Numbered from the stretch's first letter, positions 1-10,154 are shown. The stretch is DNA of 64,000 nucleotides from an uncultured Verrucomicrobiae bacterium (GCA_963813025.1 CAWEXO010000002.1:32001-96000), one strand, 5' to 3'. Numbers and translations are program-made. The notes: generated by a model from the letters alone, not told the origin.

Positions 1-2
1 CG

Positions 3-347
3 GCACGAGTCACGCTTCTTCATTGTTACGCGACTCCGCCGAGTTTCGACGACGCGGTTGGTCCGACCGCTTTGGCGGAGGTAACCAACCACCGAAAGAT
101 GGTAAAGAGACAGTTAATTAGTCTCTCGGTAAAGGTGCAGAAGTCCTTCTCCCAATGCAGTTGGGAATTTAGGACCGGCTCCCCTCTAGCTGAGATCCTG
201 CGCTCGAGTGCATGCTTAGAAGCCGACTTGATTGCGGTTCCATTGCCACTGGACTTCATTGGCCAGTGTTGGACCTCCAAGAGTTTGATGGATGAACTGG
301 TTCGACGGGCGAACTGTCCCGTGCTGGGATTTAAAAAGAGCGCGTAG
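3..347 (+). CDS. universal stress protein (USP), 5' end outside window
   Basis: Frame open from window start: ARVTLLHCY...RTGSPLAEILRSSACLEADLIAV...SLMDELVRRANCPVL, a USP-like pattern. Confidence 0.75.
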   Translation, partial: ARVTLLHCYATPPSFDDAVGPTALAEVTNHRKMVKRQLISLSVKVQKSFSQCSWEFRTGSPLAEILRSSACLEADLIAVPLPLDFIGQCWTSKSLMDELVRRANCPVLGFKKSA

Positions 348-572
348 CTGCCAAGGAAAAGCGCGGCTGCTTTTGAAAGCTCCGCTGGGCAGAAGCGCTC
401 GATGCCCTGGGTGGGATCGCGGCGGAGGACAGGCTTAAGTTCTGGTGGCATAGTGGTGTAACCGGCGATTTGCCACCACTTTCCTGCGGACGCCGAAGCG
501 AAGGGGTTGGGCTTGATTGACCTTCTGGTGCGAACCGCGGTAATTGGGAGCAAGCGGAGTTTCGAGAGTGTT

Positions 573-1934
573 ATGGCACAGCATTATGAGCTAGCGATTA
601 TCGGCTCGGGATCAGGCGGCCGTGAGGCGGCTCTTTTGGGAGCCAGGAAAGGATTGCGTACGGCGATAATTGAGCGAGACCGGCTCGGCGGCACCTGCTT
701 TCATCGCGGATCTTACGCCGTGCGGGCTCTGCAAGCCTGCGCCCGCCAGTTCCGAGACAGTTGGAAGAGTGGCCGATTCGGTAACAAGATCGACTTGATG
801 AACGCGACCTTAAAGGACTGGATCAACGCGCAGCGGCTGCTCGCGTCGCGGCTCACGGACAATTTCCAGGCAGAACTGGGACGGTTACACGTTGATCTCA
901 TCCAAGCGAACGGAGAGCTTCTCGACCATCGGACCATCCGACTGGTTGACCGATCTGGCTCCATGTCGACCGTCACTGCCGAAGACGTCATTGTAGCGAC
1001 TGGTTCACGGCCCGCTTTCTCTGACAGTTCACGCCCTCGAATGGTGAACAGTGACCAACTGCTCGGGATAGTTGGATTACCAGAACGCCTTGCCATTGTT
1101 GGCGCAGGCTATGTCGGATGCGAGTTTGCCTCAATCTATCGCAGCCTGGGTACCGAGGTTACGCTCATCGAGCAAGCGAACCGCATATTGCCGGGGTGGG
1201 AATCGGAGGCAGCCGATCGCGTCGCCGAAAAGCTTGAGATCCGAGGGGTTCCCATTCTGTTGAATTGTAAAGTCGCTTTAGAAAATGTTCGAGAGAGTGA
1301 GACAGATGTTATCATTCCACTCCACGCTCGAGAACCTGTTGTCGCCGATCTTGTACTCATCGCGACCGGCCGGAGACCGAACGCAGAGGGACTCGGACTG
1401 TCCGAGCTAGGAGTCGACGATTCTTCCAGCCTCCGAGTAGATTCATCTATGCGCTTATCTGCTCCGGGCCTCTACGGGGTTGGCGATGTCACTGGGCTCA
1501 GTCTTCTGGACAGCACGGCTTTCTCTCAAGCGACAGTCGCGATCAATTCCGTTTTGGGACTTGAGAGCAACTATGATCCTCGCTGGATTCCACGATGTGT
1601 TCACACGGAGCCGGCGATTGCGGCGGTCGGATGGACGCAAGGAGAAGCAATCAGCCACGGATTCGAGTGTGTCCCTGCTGCCGCTGATCTGCGGTTGACT
1701 TCCGACGATGAACGAAGCGTTATTGATCCAGAGCCGACCTACTTAAAAGTGCTTGTCGATCCTCGTTCCCGGAAGCTGTTGGGATGTTTAGTGGCGGGGG
1801 ATCATGCGGCGGTAATTGCCAATGTGGCTGCAATCGCAATTCACCTGGGTGCGTCAATAGACCAATTGCGTGAAATTCCCTTGGCTCAGCCCAGTGCGGC
1901 CGACGCACTCATGGCGACCTTGCGGACTCTTTGA
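573..1934 (+). CDS. FAD/NAD(P)-dependent pyridine nucleotide-disulfide oxidoreductase (LpdA/SthA-like), catalytically degenerate
   Basis: IIGSGSGG FAD motif, GAGYVG NAD motif, ATGRRPN, GD motif; redox motif GGTCFHRGS lacks second Cys; C-terminal QPSAAD in place of HPxxxE; start at ATG 573 chosen by alignment with the paralog at 14039. Confidence 0.85.
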   Translation: MAQHYELAIIGSGSGGREAALLGARKGLRTAIIERDRLGGTCFHRGSYAVRALQACARQFRDSWKSGRFGNKIDLMNATLKDWINAQRLLASRLTDNFQAELGRLHVDLIQANGELLDHRTIRLVDRSGSMSTVTAEDVIVATGSRPAFSDSSRPRMVNSDQLLGIVGLPERLAIVGAGYVGCEFASIYRSLGTEVTLIEQANRILPGWESEAADRVAEKLEIRGVPILLNCKVALENVRESETDVIIPLHAREPVVADLVLIATGRRPNAEGLGLSELGVDDSSSLRVDSSMRLSAPGLYGVGDVTGLSLLDSTAFSQATVAINSVLGLESNYDPRWIPRCVHTEPAIAAVGWTQGEAISHGFECVPAAADLRLTSDDERSVIDPEPTYLKVLVDPRSRKLLGCLVAGDHAAVIANVAAIAIHLGASIDQLREIPLAQPSAADALMATLRTL

Positions 1935-2177
1935 TTTAGCGATCCTCGCCTCTACCGCGTTAACTCGTCTGCAGATCCATCCTGCCGCCTGAACGCCTGA
2001 ACAACCTGGCGGGTCCTCCGAGTAATTCATTTCATCGATTCCCGCGGCGGCTACCCACGGCCGGATCATGCCATCGGCTTCGCGCCCGGACAGAGGGATC
2101 GCCGATAGGGTAAAATGTCAGTTGGTCGAGCGAATTTCGGAAAGCATCCGTAGCAAGCTTTCTGATGGCATTTCAAG

Positions 2178-2457
2178 CTAGTGCACCGTCTCGCATATAA
2201 TGGTGACGTCGCCGCAGGTCAGTTGGCTGTTTTTCAAGGCGCGAGCGAAGCGCCCATATCTGAATCGATACGGTCGGAGCGAGCAACGCGGAAAAACAGC
2301 CAACTGGCCGCGGCCCAGAGGGTTGCGATGAAAATGGGCCGGCGGCTGCGTTGCTCGTCGGTTACGTATCGATTTAGATATGCGCCCTCCTCGCGCCTTG
2401 CCGGCGGCCCATTTTGATCGCAACGATGGCACCATTATATGCGAGACGGTGCACTAG
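2178..2457. mobile_element. MITE-like element, copy 1
   Basis: Perfect 28-bp terminal inverted repeat CTAGTGCACCGTCTCGCATATAATGGTG / CACCATTATATGCGAGACGGTGCACTAG; no credible ORF; second copy at 32852-33128. Confidence 0.9.
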
Positions 2458-4335
2458 TCCTTAAGGAAGCGTGATTTAAACGCGTGAGGGGACAAAAAAA
2501 CTCGAAATGCGCTTCGATGCTTGGTTTGCTGGGAAGTGCAAAGCTAACCAGACCAAGGAAAAAAGGCATTTCGAGTGAGCAGAAGTTATCCCAAGATCCT
2601 GCGTAATCGCAAGCGCCGAATCGAACGTCGTTTGGATCCTGAGCGTCGATGGAGTGAACAGCCGACACCGATGCTGAGTGCCAGCAACATCCATTTTGAG
2701 ATGGCTGAACGTAACCGGGCGGTAAACTACGGCGGTATTGGCGCGATCCATCTAATGGGGCAGCGGCTAGGATTAGCCGAGGAGATCGATGGGCGGGTGC
2801 AGCTTCTCAAACGGCATTTGCCCTATCACGAAAGCGATCATGTGTTGAACCTGGCCTACAATGCACTGTTGGATGGCCAACGGCTGGAAGATATCGAGTT
2901 GCGTCGCAACGATGAAGCTTTCCTGGAGGGTCTGGGAGCGCAACGTATCCCTGATCCGACTACCAGCGGAGATTTCACCCGGCGCTTTGACCAAGGCTCG
3001 ATTCTGGATTTGCTGGAAGCCATCAACACGACTCGGCAGCGGGTGTGGAAAAAGCAGCCTCGGGCTTTTCTTGCCCAAGCCTTTCTTGATATCGATGGCA
3101 CAATGGCTCCGACTTTAGGGGCGTGCAAAGGCGGAGTAGGGCTTTCCTACAAAGGCATCTGGGGTTATGCGCCCTTGATTGTCTCGTTGGCAAACACCCG
3201 AGAAGTGCTTTATCTGGTTAATCGGCCGGGCAACGTCGTCAGCCATGAAGGATGTGTGCCATGGATCGAGCGGGCCATCGAGTTGGTGCGCCCCCATGCC
3301 GGTGAGATCACGCTGCGCGGGGACAGCGATTTTACGCTCAGCGCCGAGTTAGATCGCTGGGATAGCCAAGGGATCAAATTTCTCTTTGGCATGGATGCTC
3401 ATCAGAAAGTAGTGCAACTGGCCGAAGCCTTGCCGGAAGCAGGCTGGAAGCCGCTGGAACGCTTGGCTCGCTATGAAATTGCCACTGAGCCGCGACGTAA
3501 GCCCCTTCGGGTCAAGGAGGCAATTGTGCGGTTTAAGGGGTACTTGAACAAAAAGTTGGTGGGCGAAAGCGTGGCCGAGTTTAATTATCAGCCACTCAAA
3601 TGCGGACGCAGCTATCGGCTGGTGGTGATGCGCAAAAACATCAGCCTCCAGAAAGGGGAAACGGTGCTCTTGGAAGAGATTAGATACTTCTTCTATCTCA
3701 CCAACCACACCAATTATCGGGCCCAAGAGATCGTGGCGCTGGCCAACCAGCGGTGTGACCAGGAGAATGTGATCGAGCAACTCAAAAATGGGGTTAACGC
3801 CATGCGCATGCCGGTAGACGATCTCCTCAGTAATTGGGCTTACATGGTCATCAGTGCCCTGGCCTGGAATCTCAAATCCTGGTATGGACTGCTTATGCCC
3901 AATCGGCAAAGGGGGCTGGAGCTAGTCCAGATGGAGTTCCGGCGCTTCCTGCATGCCATTGTGTTGTTGCCGGCACAGATCGTGCGCAGCGGTCGGAGGA
4001 TCATTTATCGGATCATGGGTTACAACAGTTGGCTAAAAGACTTCTTCGCTGCCTGGGAAAATCTTCGGCGGATGGCACCTGCCTGAAGCAGGCCTATTGA
4101 CGATACTCTAGGCGGAACGCTCAAATTTCCAAGGCAGAGCTATGCCCTGGCGAGGCATGTATCGGCGCCCAAAATCGCACTAACTCCAAAAACTTTCATT
4201 GTTTTGGCCTGAGAAAAGCAAACCTGGGCCTTCGGTCGCCAGAACCAACCGGATTTGCACCATTTTCTAAGAATTTGCCTGGCCGAACGGGAAGTTCGTC
4301 GCGTCGCATTCGGAACTCGCTTATTTTGAGACTAG
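2454..4335 (+). mobile_element. IS1380-family insertion sequence
   Basis: Transposase inside; imperfect IR CTAGTCCTTAAGGAAGCG vs reverse complement of right end CTAGTCTCAAAATAAGCG; CTAG at both ends. Confidence 0.8.
2575..4086 (+). CDS. IS1380-family DDE transposase
   Basis: LDIDGT, LRGDSDF, RCDQENVIEQLKNG, NWAYMVI motifs; 503 aa. Confidence 0.9.
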   Translation: MSRSYPKILRNRKRRIERRLDPERRWSEQPTPMLSASNIHFEMAERNRAVNYGGIGAIHLMGQRLGLAEEIDGRVQLLKRHLPYHESDHVLNLAYNALLDGQRLEDIELRRNDEAFLEGLGAQRIPDPTTSGDFTRRFDQGSILDLLEAINTTRQRVWKKQPRAFLAQAFLDIDGTMAPTLGACKGGVGLSYKGIWGYAPLIVSLANTREVLYLVNRPGNVVSHEGCVPWIERAIELVRPHAGEITLRGDSDFTLSAELDRWDSQGIKFLFGMDAHQKVVQLAEALPEAGWKPLERLARYEIATEPRRKPLRVKEAIVRFKGYLNKKLVGESVAEFNYQPLKCGRSYRLVVMRKNISLQKGETVLLEEIRYFFYLTNHTNYRAQEIVALANQRCDQENVIEQLKNGVNAMRMPVDDLLSNWAYMVISALAWNLKSWYGLLMPNRQRGLELVQMEFRRFLHAIVLLPAQIVRSGRRIIYRIMGYNSWLKDFFAAWENLRRMAPA

Positions 4336-5461
4336 TGCCTAATTGCGTAAGTTAGTTATATGTATGGCGACTTTCCCCTGATGTACCTGGGATTTGGTCC
4401 ATTCGAAGGGAGCCGCATTGTTATTGTAGTTCTTGATGAAGGTGTCGATGGCGTTGCGCAGCTCTGCCACGCTGGTGAAGTTTGCCCCCTGGAGGGCTTG
4501 GCGGCTCAAGATACTAAACCAGATCTCAATCTGGTTGAGCCAAGAAGCGTGGGTTGGAGTGAAATGAAAATGCACATTGGGGTGAGCCTTCAACCAGCGA
4601 TCTTGCTTTGGCTTATGGGTCGCAAGGTTGTCTAAGACCACATGAATTTCTTTGTCGAGATTTCCGGCAACTACCTGGTTCATAAACTCCAGGAATTCCC
4701 GTCGGCGCTGGCGCCGGTAATGACCAGCCTGCACTTGGCCGCTGGCAATGTTGAGGGCGGCAAAGAGAGTGGAGGTGCCATGGCGCTTGTACTCGTGGCT
4801 AAAACCCGTCAGCGCCCTGCCATTGGGCAAGCGAATCCAACCTTGGGCTCTTTCCAGGGCTTGAATGGCTGGTTTTTCATCAATGGCCAAGATGAGCGCA
4901 TTCTGGGGCGGATTGAGATAAAGACCGACAATGTCAGCGGCCTTGCGCACAAACTCCGGATCGGTGGAAATGCACCAGCTGCGGCGCCGTTCCAATTCAA
5001 TGCCTTGTTGGCGCAAAATGCGCCAGACTTGATCGGAGGAAACATCGGCCAGACTCTGCGCCAGCAGTCGCCCATTCCAGCGCCCGTAGCCCGCCGGTGG
5101 ATCTTCATCCAGCAGCGCCAAGACCCGCTTGACCGTCATTTGATCATACTTGGCCGGCTTTCCACTGCGTGGCGCGTCTTCCAAGCCAGCCAGGCCTTGG
5201 CGCACAAAGCGCCGCCGCCATTTACTCACCGTCACCTCGGGAATGCGCAGGCTCTTGGCAATCGCACGTCCACTCAAGCCCGCTGCCGCCTTCAAGATAA
5301 TCTGACTCCTGACCTTGAGCCGGTGTTCGACCCGTTGCGCTCGACTCCAACCCTCCAAGAGCTTGCGGTTTTCCACAGAAAGTTTGATGCAACCCATTGC
5401 CATCCATCCAACAAATCATAATTTTTCATAAATATAAAGAACTAAAGCAACTAAGTACTAG
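4332..5461 (-). mobile_element. IS630-family insertion sequence
   Basis: Imperfect IR CTAGTGCCTAATTGCGTAAGTT vs reverse complement of right end CTAGTACTTAGTTGCTTTAGTT; TA within CTAG at both ends. Confidence 0.85.
4339..5403 (-). CDS. IS630-family transposase
   Basis: HTH N-terminus, IDEKP, YKRHGT, LDNLATH, PTHASWLNQIE DDE motifs. Confidence 0.93.
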   Translation of the reverse strand: MAMGCIKLSVENRKLLEGWSRAQRVEHRLKVRSQIILKAAAGLSGRAIAKSLRIPEVTVSKWRRRFVRQGLAGLEDAPRSGKPAKYDQMTVKRVLALLDEDPPAGYGRWNGRLLAQSLADVSSDQVWRILRQQGIELERRRSWCISTDPEFVRKAADIVGLYLNPPQNALILAIDEKPAIQALERAQGWIRLPNGRALTGFSHEYKRHGTSTLFAALNIASGQVQAGHYRRQRRREFLEFMNQVVAGNLDKEIHVVLDNLATHKPKQDRWLKAHPNVHFHFTPTHASWLNQIEIWFSILSRQALQGANFTSVAELRNAIDTFIKNYNNNAAPFEWTKSQVHQGKVAIHITNLRN

Positions 5462-6066
5462 TCGTTTACCGTCGGAGGGCGGTGATGCCGCCCGGGCACA
5501 AAATGGAAGACTAGCAGCAACCAATAGGCGCTTAGCGCAATGGAGGGGGCAAAGAATGAAATCGCGATAGACCCGGCGGCAATTACCGCCGGAATCGCGG
5601 TCCGTAGGCGGACAGTAGCGATCCATGGGGGCGTCAGCTGATCGTGAGAAAGCTCGGGATGATGCGCCAGATAGCGCAGGTGCAACAGCGATGTCAACGA
5701 CAGCAGCAAGAGGTTGGTACCGTAAACGGCGACTGGAATATGAAGAGGGCTGTGGCCGGAGAGTAGGTTTGTTGAGAACGGCAGTAGGGTAATGAATAGC
5801 AAGAAAAGCAAATTTAACCAAAGCAGGCTTCGGTTAACTCTGCGCACGAAATGAAACAGCGAATGGTGACCGATCCAGAAAATGCCCAAGACGATGAAGC
5901 TCAGAACGTATATTGAAAAGTGGCTCTTCAGTTCAACGAGTTGCCGCCATGCCTCAGCATCGTCGCTGATTTTGACGCCTTCAGGAAGTTTCAAATCCAA
6001 GACTAAAAGTGTCATCGCAACCGCGAAGACGCCGTCGACCAAAGCCGCGATCCGTGATTTTTCCAT
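5458..6066 (-). CDS. TMEM175-family channel protein
   Basis: RIAALVDGVFAVAMTLLVLDL signature; SFIVLGIFWIGHH; about 6 TM. Confidence 0.9.
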   Translation of the reverse strand: MEKSRIAALVDGVFAVAMTLLVLDLKLPEGVKISDDAEAWRQLVELKSHFSIYVLSFIVLGIFWIGHHSLFHFVRRVNRSLLWLNLLFLLFITLLPFSTNLLSGHSPLHIPVAVYGTNLLLLSLTSLLHLRYLAHHPELSHDQLTPPWIATVRLRTAIPAVIAAGSIAISFFAPSIALSAYWLLLVFHFVPGRHHRPPTVND

Positions 6067-6078
6067 GGCTCAACTTGG

Positions 6079-7158
6079 CTAATGTGTTCGCGTCGGGCAG
6101 GAGATCTTTTGCCGTCTGCACGCAAGACAGAAGCTCCCCAGCTTGAAAAGCATCGCACCGAAGGTAATCAGCCAGGCTAACATGGCGATATAGACACCGA
6201 TACGCGGAATGACCAGCAGAAACGGGATCCCGATGGCATTCGCAAAGATGAATGTTGCGACCGTGTACATACCGAGCGGAAAAACCAGTGACCAGTACTG
6301 CGGGTCGTAGGTGATCGGGACGTGCTCAACCACATGCCTCCAGAAGCCAACAATAACTAACAGCGGAATCCACCAGGTTCCCGTCGACCAGAAAAACAAG
6401 GTGAAGCCGCTGATGAAAGGCTGAAGTTCGTGCAAAAAGTCCCAGCTCTTGCTATTGAGTATCAGCCGGGCCCCGGCCAATGTAGTAATCGCTAGTGCGC
6501 CCATATTGATCCAGTAGGGGGGCGAAAGCTTCGCCGGCTCCATCCGAAGAAAGATCCAGCGATAAACAATCAACGCGATGAACAGAATATAAAACATCGC
6601 ACCCAGCAGATACGCGCAAAGTGCCCCAAATAAAATCGGATGCACGGGGCCAAGCTTCTGGGCAACCAGGGTCCCAAGAACAGTTAACGATTCCGTCGCG
6701 ACCGTCACGAGAAGCCAGGATCCGTTGATCGAATCGTCGATCGACGGCTTAGGCTCGGCCACCGTGACAGCGGCAAAGAACGTGTAGATCAGAACGATCC
6801 AGAGTAAAACTGCGAAAACCCACAGGCCCGCCGCAAGTGTGATGAACGGCGTAAGAATGGCAAACTGTACGCCCAGCACACAGGTTCCTGCGACGGCGGT
6901 CAAGAATGTGACTCCGCGAGCATGATGCGTTAAATCGGCCATCAACGCGGATCTGAACCGGGCAATTCGGTCAACGGTAATGCCCCAGAGGACGACATAG
7001 AAAATCGCATTTAACCAGAGCAACACCTCCGGGAATGCCGGGAAACCCTCGAAATGCATCGCCAGCGACACAATGCCTGTCGCCATGACAAGGGCGAAAT
7101 AACCCGGGGAGAAATCCTGGACAAACGAAGGCTTATCCTCCCGACGCGGCGAAGTCAT
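6079..7158 (-). CDS. TDT/SLAC1-family anion transporter
   Basis: PGYFALVMATGI, PPYWINMGALAI, YWSLVFPLGMY motifs; about 10 TM. Confidence 0.9.
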   Translation of the reverse strand: MTSPRREDKPSFVQDFSPGYFALVMATGIVSLAMHFEGFPAFPEVLLWLNAIFYVVLWGITVDRIARFRSALMADLTHHARGVTFLTAVAGTCVLGVQFAILTPFITLAAGLWVFAVLLWIVLIYTFFAAVTVAEPKPSIDDSINGSWLLVTVATESLTVLGTLVAQKLGPVHPILFGALCAYLLGAMFYILFIALIVYRWIFLRMEPAKLSPPYWINMGALAITTLAGARLILNSKSWDFLHELQPFISGFTLFFWSTGTWWIPLLVIVGFWRHVVEHVPITYDPQYWSLVFPLGMYTVATFIFANAIGIPFLLVIPRIGVYIAMLAWLITFGAMLFKLGSFCLACRRQKISCPTRTH

Positions 7159-7164
7159 TCAGGT

Positions 7165-7383
7165 TCACCTTTCCAGACTCCGCAAATAGAAAAACAGGCC
7201 ACCGTTGAGCGCGCAACAAGCGACACTTGCTAACGCCGCTGGCAAGGCAGTCTCCTGATAGCCCGCGAGAAACGTTTCCATGGTAGTAGTAAAGAGCCAG
7301 AGCTGAAGGAGGACAATGATCATCTGGAAAGCGGAAATACCCGAGATAATCGTCACCCGCTGCTTTCGGGCAAACTGAGTCAT
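7165..7383 (-). CDS. DUF6755-like small membrane protein
   Basis: 72 aa, two TM, LLQLWLF...ALPAALAS pattern; last of the Fe-S genes in the operon. Confidence 0.7.
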   Translation of the reverse strand: MTQFARKQRVTIISGISAFQMIIVLLQLWLFTTTMETFLAGYQETALPAALASVACCALNGGLFFYLRSLER

Positions 7384-7385
7384 TC

Positions 7386-7939
7386 TTATATCACCCCCTC
7401 AACGTAACCGTTCGCGAACACTTTACCCTCCCGCACTTCCAGACCGACTCTTGGCAATGGACGCCGCGGCGGACCAGCCACCGGTTCCCCGTTCCGAATG
7501 TCGAACCAGCCTTCGTGGCAGGGACAGTGCATTCGCCCCAAATCGGGCCTGGGCAGGACAGGGCACGAAAGGTGAGTGCATTTTTGCCCGAACGCGACAA
7601 AGCTCGATCAGAAAGCCGGACAAGGATGCAATGGTTGCCTGGCTTCGGAAATTCAAAAAGCTTTGATTGCCCGACCGCCAATTCGTTCACCGAGGCAATC
7701 TCCTTTACGGGAGGCGTTCCAGCCTCTTTTCTCCAGGCTTGGATCAGCAGGATCCAGCACTGGCCCGCGACAAAGGCTGCACTGGTCAACATGAGAAAGA
7801 GGACGAACTCACGTCGCGATCGATATTCGTCCTCCGGCCAATCAAATGGAAAATCCCTGCGCCAAGTCGGCTGATCTTTTGCCGGCCGGCCATCTGGGGC
7901 GGTTGAGATAACCTCCGAATCTTCGTCAGGTAAAGGCAT
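7386..7939 (-). CDS. membrane-anchored Rieske 2Fe-2S protein (frameshift near 7604)
   Basis: SRREF plus TM helix; after a frame change reads [14 protein letters not shown]...[10 protein letters not shown]...GPPRRPL, stop TAA 7386-7388. Confidence 0.85.
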
Positions 7940-8987
7940 CTTCTGAGTCCATTCCATCCAGCAACAGATCATCCTCGATGACATTCCCGATCGTCGGCTG
8001 GTGCATGGCCGAGAGCACATCAAGCTGTTCTGGAACATTATTCTTGGGCACAAGCATTCGCGTACGGGTGGTAATCGTTTGCGCACCAAACTGAAAGGTA
8101 TTGACCGGAGCAGACTTCGGGCGCAACCGGGTGATTTCTTCTTCCGTGCCGAAGAACAGAGCCTGGCTCGGGCACACAGATGCGCACATCGGCAGTTTTC
8201 CGATCGAAGTACGATCGTAGCATTGGTCGCACTTCATCATTAACTCCATGCGAGTGTTCATCTTTGGAATACCGAAGGGACAGGCCAGAACACAGTTGTT
8301 GCAGGCGATGCAGCGCGGCTTCCTTGCCGATTGCACCACGCCGTCGCCCGTACGCTTGATCGCATGGGCGGGACAGACTTCTGCGCATGTGGGCGAGTCG
8401 CAGTGCATGCAAACGACTGGCACGGTCTGCGTCGAGTTAGCCCGATCGTTCTTGTTTCCGGCACCGGCGCTCACCATACAAAGTCGGCCATTGTAATCAA
8501 TACAAGGTGTTTTCAAACAGATCCGGGCGAACTTGCCCATCAGATAACACTTCTCGGTCGTCAGGCTCGCTCCGCTCAGAGTCGCAAAGGCCTTCGGGCC
8601 GTACGTTGTCTGAACGCGGTCGATCTCTTCCGCAACTTTTCGGATAGCCTCGTCATAGGGTACTGGACTAAACCCATGCGGATTTCTCGAGTCCCGTTTG
8701 TAGGCGTGCAGCAGACGATCCGCATGCGCACCCTGTAAATAGCGTTTTACGCCTTTTGGGCACAGTTTCCCTCTGTTGAACGGGAAGTCGTACCAAGGTT
8801 CATATCCAATCACCTGATTGTCCTTCACCAAGAGTTCGATTCCGCATTGCTGCCCGCAAAAGCAGCAGTGTGTTTCCACTGCTTTATCCGGCACAACACC
8901 GGCATCCAATCGCATTCCAGTCGATCTCGAAAGATGCGGGCCGAATTGTTCTGTAATCGATTCAGGTTCTACAACAACTGTGGCCAT
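7926..8987 (-). pseudogene. in-frame fusion of N-terminal fragment of a molybdopterin oxidoreductase to C-terminal part of a 4Fe-4S dicluster subunit
   Basis: [11 protein letters not shown]...KLCPKG and [16 protein letters not shown] run directly into [26 protein letters not shown]...[12 protein letters not shown]...KCDQC...CASVCP; junction about 8450. Confidence 0.8.
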
Positions 8988-9005
8988 AGATCTCCATTCA
9001 ACTCT

Positions 9006-10154
9006 TTACGAATGGAAATTCTCGCGATCTTCAATGTCAAGGGGGCCTTCGCCTAATCCAGGATTGACCGGTGTCGGCATGGGCGCGGGGAGCACGACTC
9101 TTTCGATCGTCGAAGCACGTGGAAATCGCAGCCTGCCCTGAGCCAACGCTAACAGCGCCCGGCGGCAGCGCGGACAAATCCACTGATAATGCTCGACTTG
9201 GTCATGAGCTGCTTCATATCGATAGCCCAACTCGCGTTGAACTTTGATTAGGTCTTCGACGTGCATGCGAGAAGAGAACGCATGTCCGCATCTTCGGCAT
9301 CTGGCAGCTTCTTCGGCTCGCGCCACATCCTTGTAAAAGCTAACCCCAATCTGCGCGGGTCGCTGAAAGATGTGGAAAAACTTTCCAAACGGAAGCCAAA
9401 GAAGCGTGACGATCACTGTTACTGCGTGCGTGAGCGACAGAAACTCATAGCCACAGCCGCGTAGCCAGGTGTAGCTCACTGTAAGCAGCAGACCCGTGAG
9501 ACTTACGGCAAATAGCAAAACCAACGGCAGGATATCTTCCCGGAAAAACTGAAGCGACGCTGCTCCTTCGTCACGCATTCGGCGATGCATGGCAATCAGC
9601 ACACCGGCAATGACAAGGAACGCCGCCCAGACCAGGCCGTGAAAAAGGACAAAACCGAAAATCGATTCTACTTTAAAGACAGAGGTGGGAAAACCGAACA
9701 CAAAGATCCGGTAGCTGTCCAGATCGCCAGGAACGGATTCGAACATAAGCCAGCCAAAAACCAGCGGAAAAGTGATCAATGCTGCAATGATACAGCCCCA
9801 CATGATTAGCCAATGAGCCAGCCAGCGGTATTTTCCTCGTAGCCAGATAAAATGATTGAATGCGAAATCGGCTGTAACTCGCTTAACCCAATTGATGGCG
9901 TTCTGTTTGCGGTAAGGCCGTTTGAAAAAGGCTTCCCAACCGCGTCGCCAATAGAGGGCCGTCGGTGGCCGTTGAAGCCACATTGCGTAACGATAAGTGA
10001 GCCCGAAAGCGGCAAACAACGATGCGAAAGTGTAGGCAACGAGAGCACTATCGAAGCGCGAGAGATTGCGGGACCCAACAATGATCGCCACACCGAGCAG
10101 CACGGTTACAATGAACGCCCAGACGACCGATTTAACGACTTCGCGTTTCATCAC
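9006..10154 (-). CDS. NarI-like polytopic membrane protein (putative cytochrome b anchor) with C-terminal CxxC...CxxC
   Basis: [25 protein letters not shown]...[17 protein letters not shown]...CPRCRR. Confidence 0.65.
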   Translation of the reverse strand: MMKREVVKSVVWAFIVTVLLGVAIIVGSRNLSRFDSALVAYTFASLFAAFGLTYRYAMWLQRPPTALYWRRGWEAFFKRPYRKQNAINWVKRVTADFAFNHFIWLRGKYRWLAHWLIMWGCIIAALITFPLVFGWLMFESVPGDLDSYRIFVFGFPTSVFKVESIFGFVLFHGLVWAAFLVIAGVLIAMHRRMRDEGAASLQFFREDILPLVLLFAVSLTGLLLTVSYTWLRGCGYEFLSLTHAVTVIVTLLWLPFGKFFHIFQRPAQIGVSFYKDVARAEEAARCRRCGHAFSSRMHVEDLIKVQRELGYRYEAAHDQVEHYQWICPRCRRALLALAQGRLRFPRASTIERVVLPAPMPTPVNPGLGEGPLDIEDRENFHS

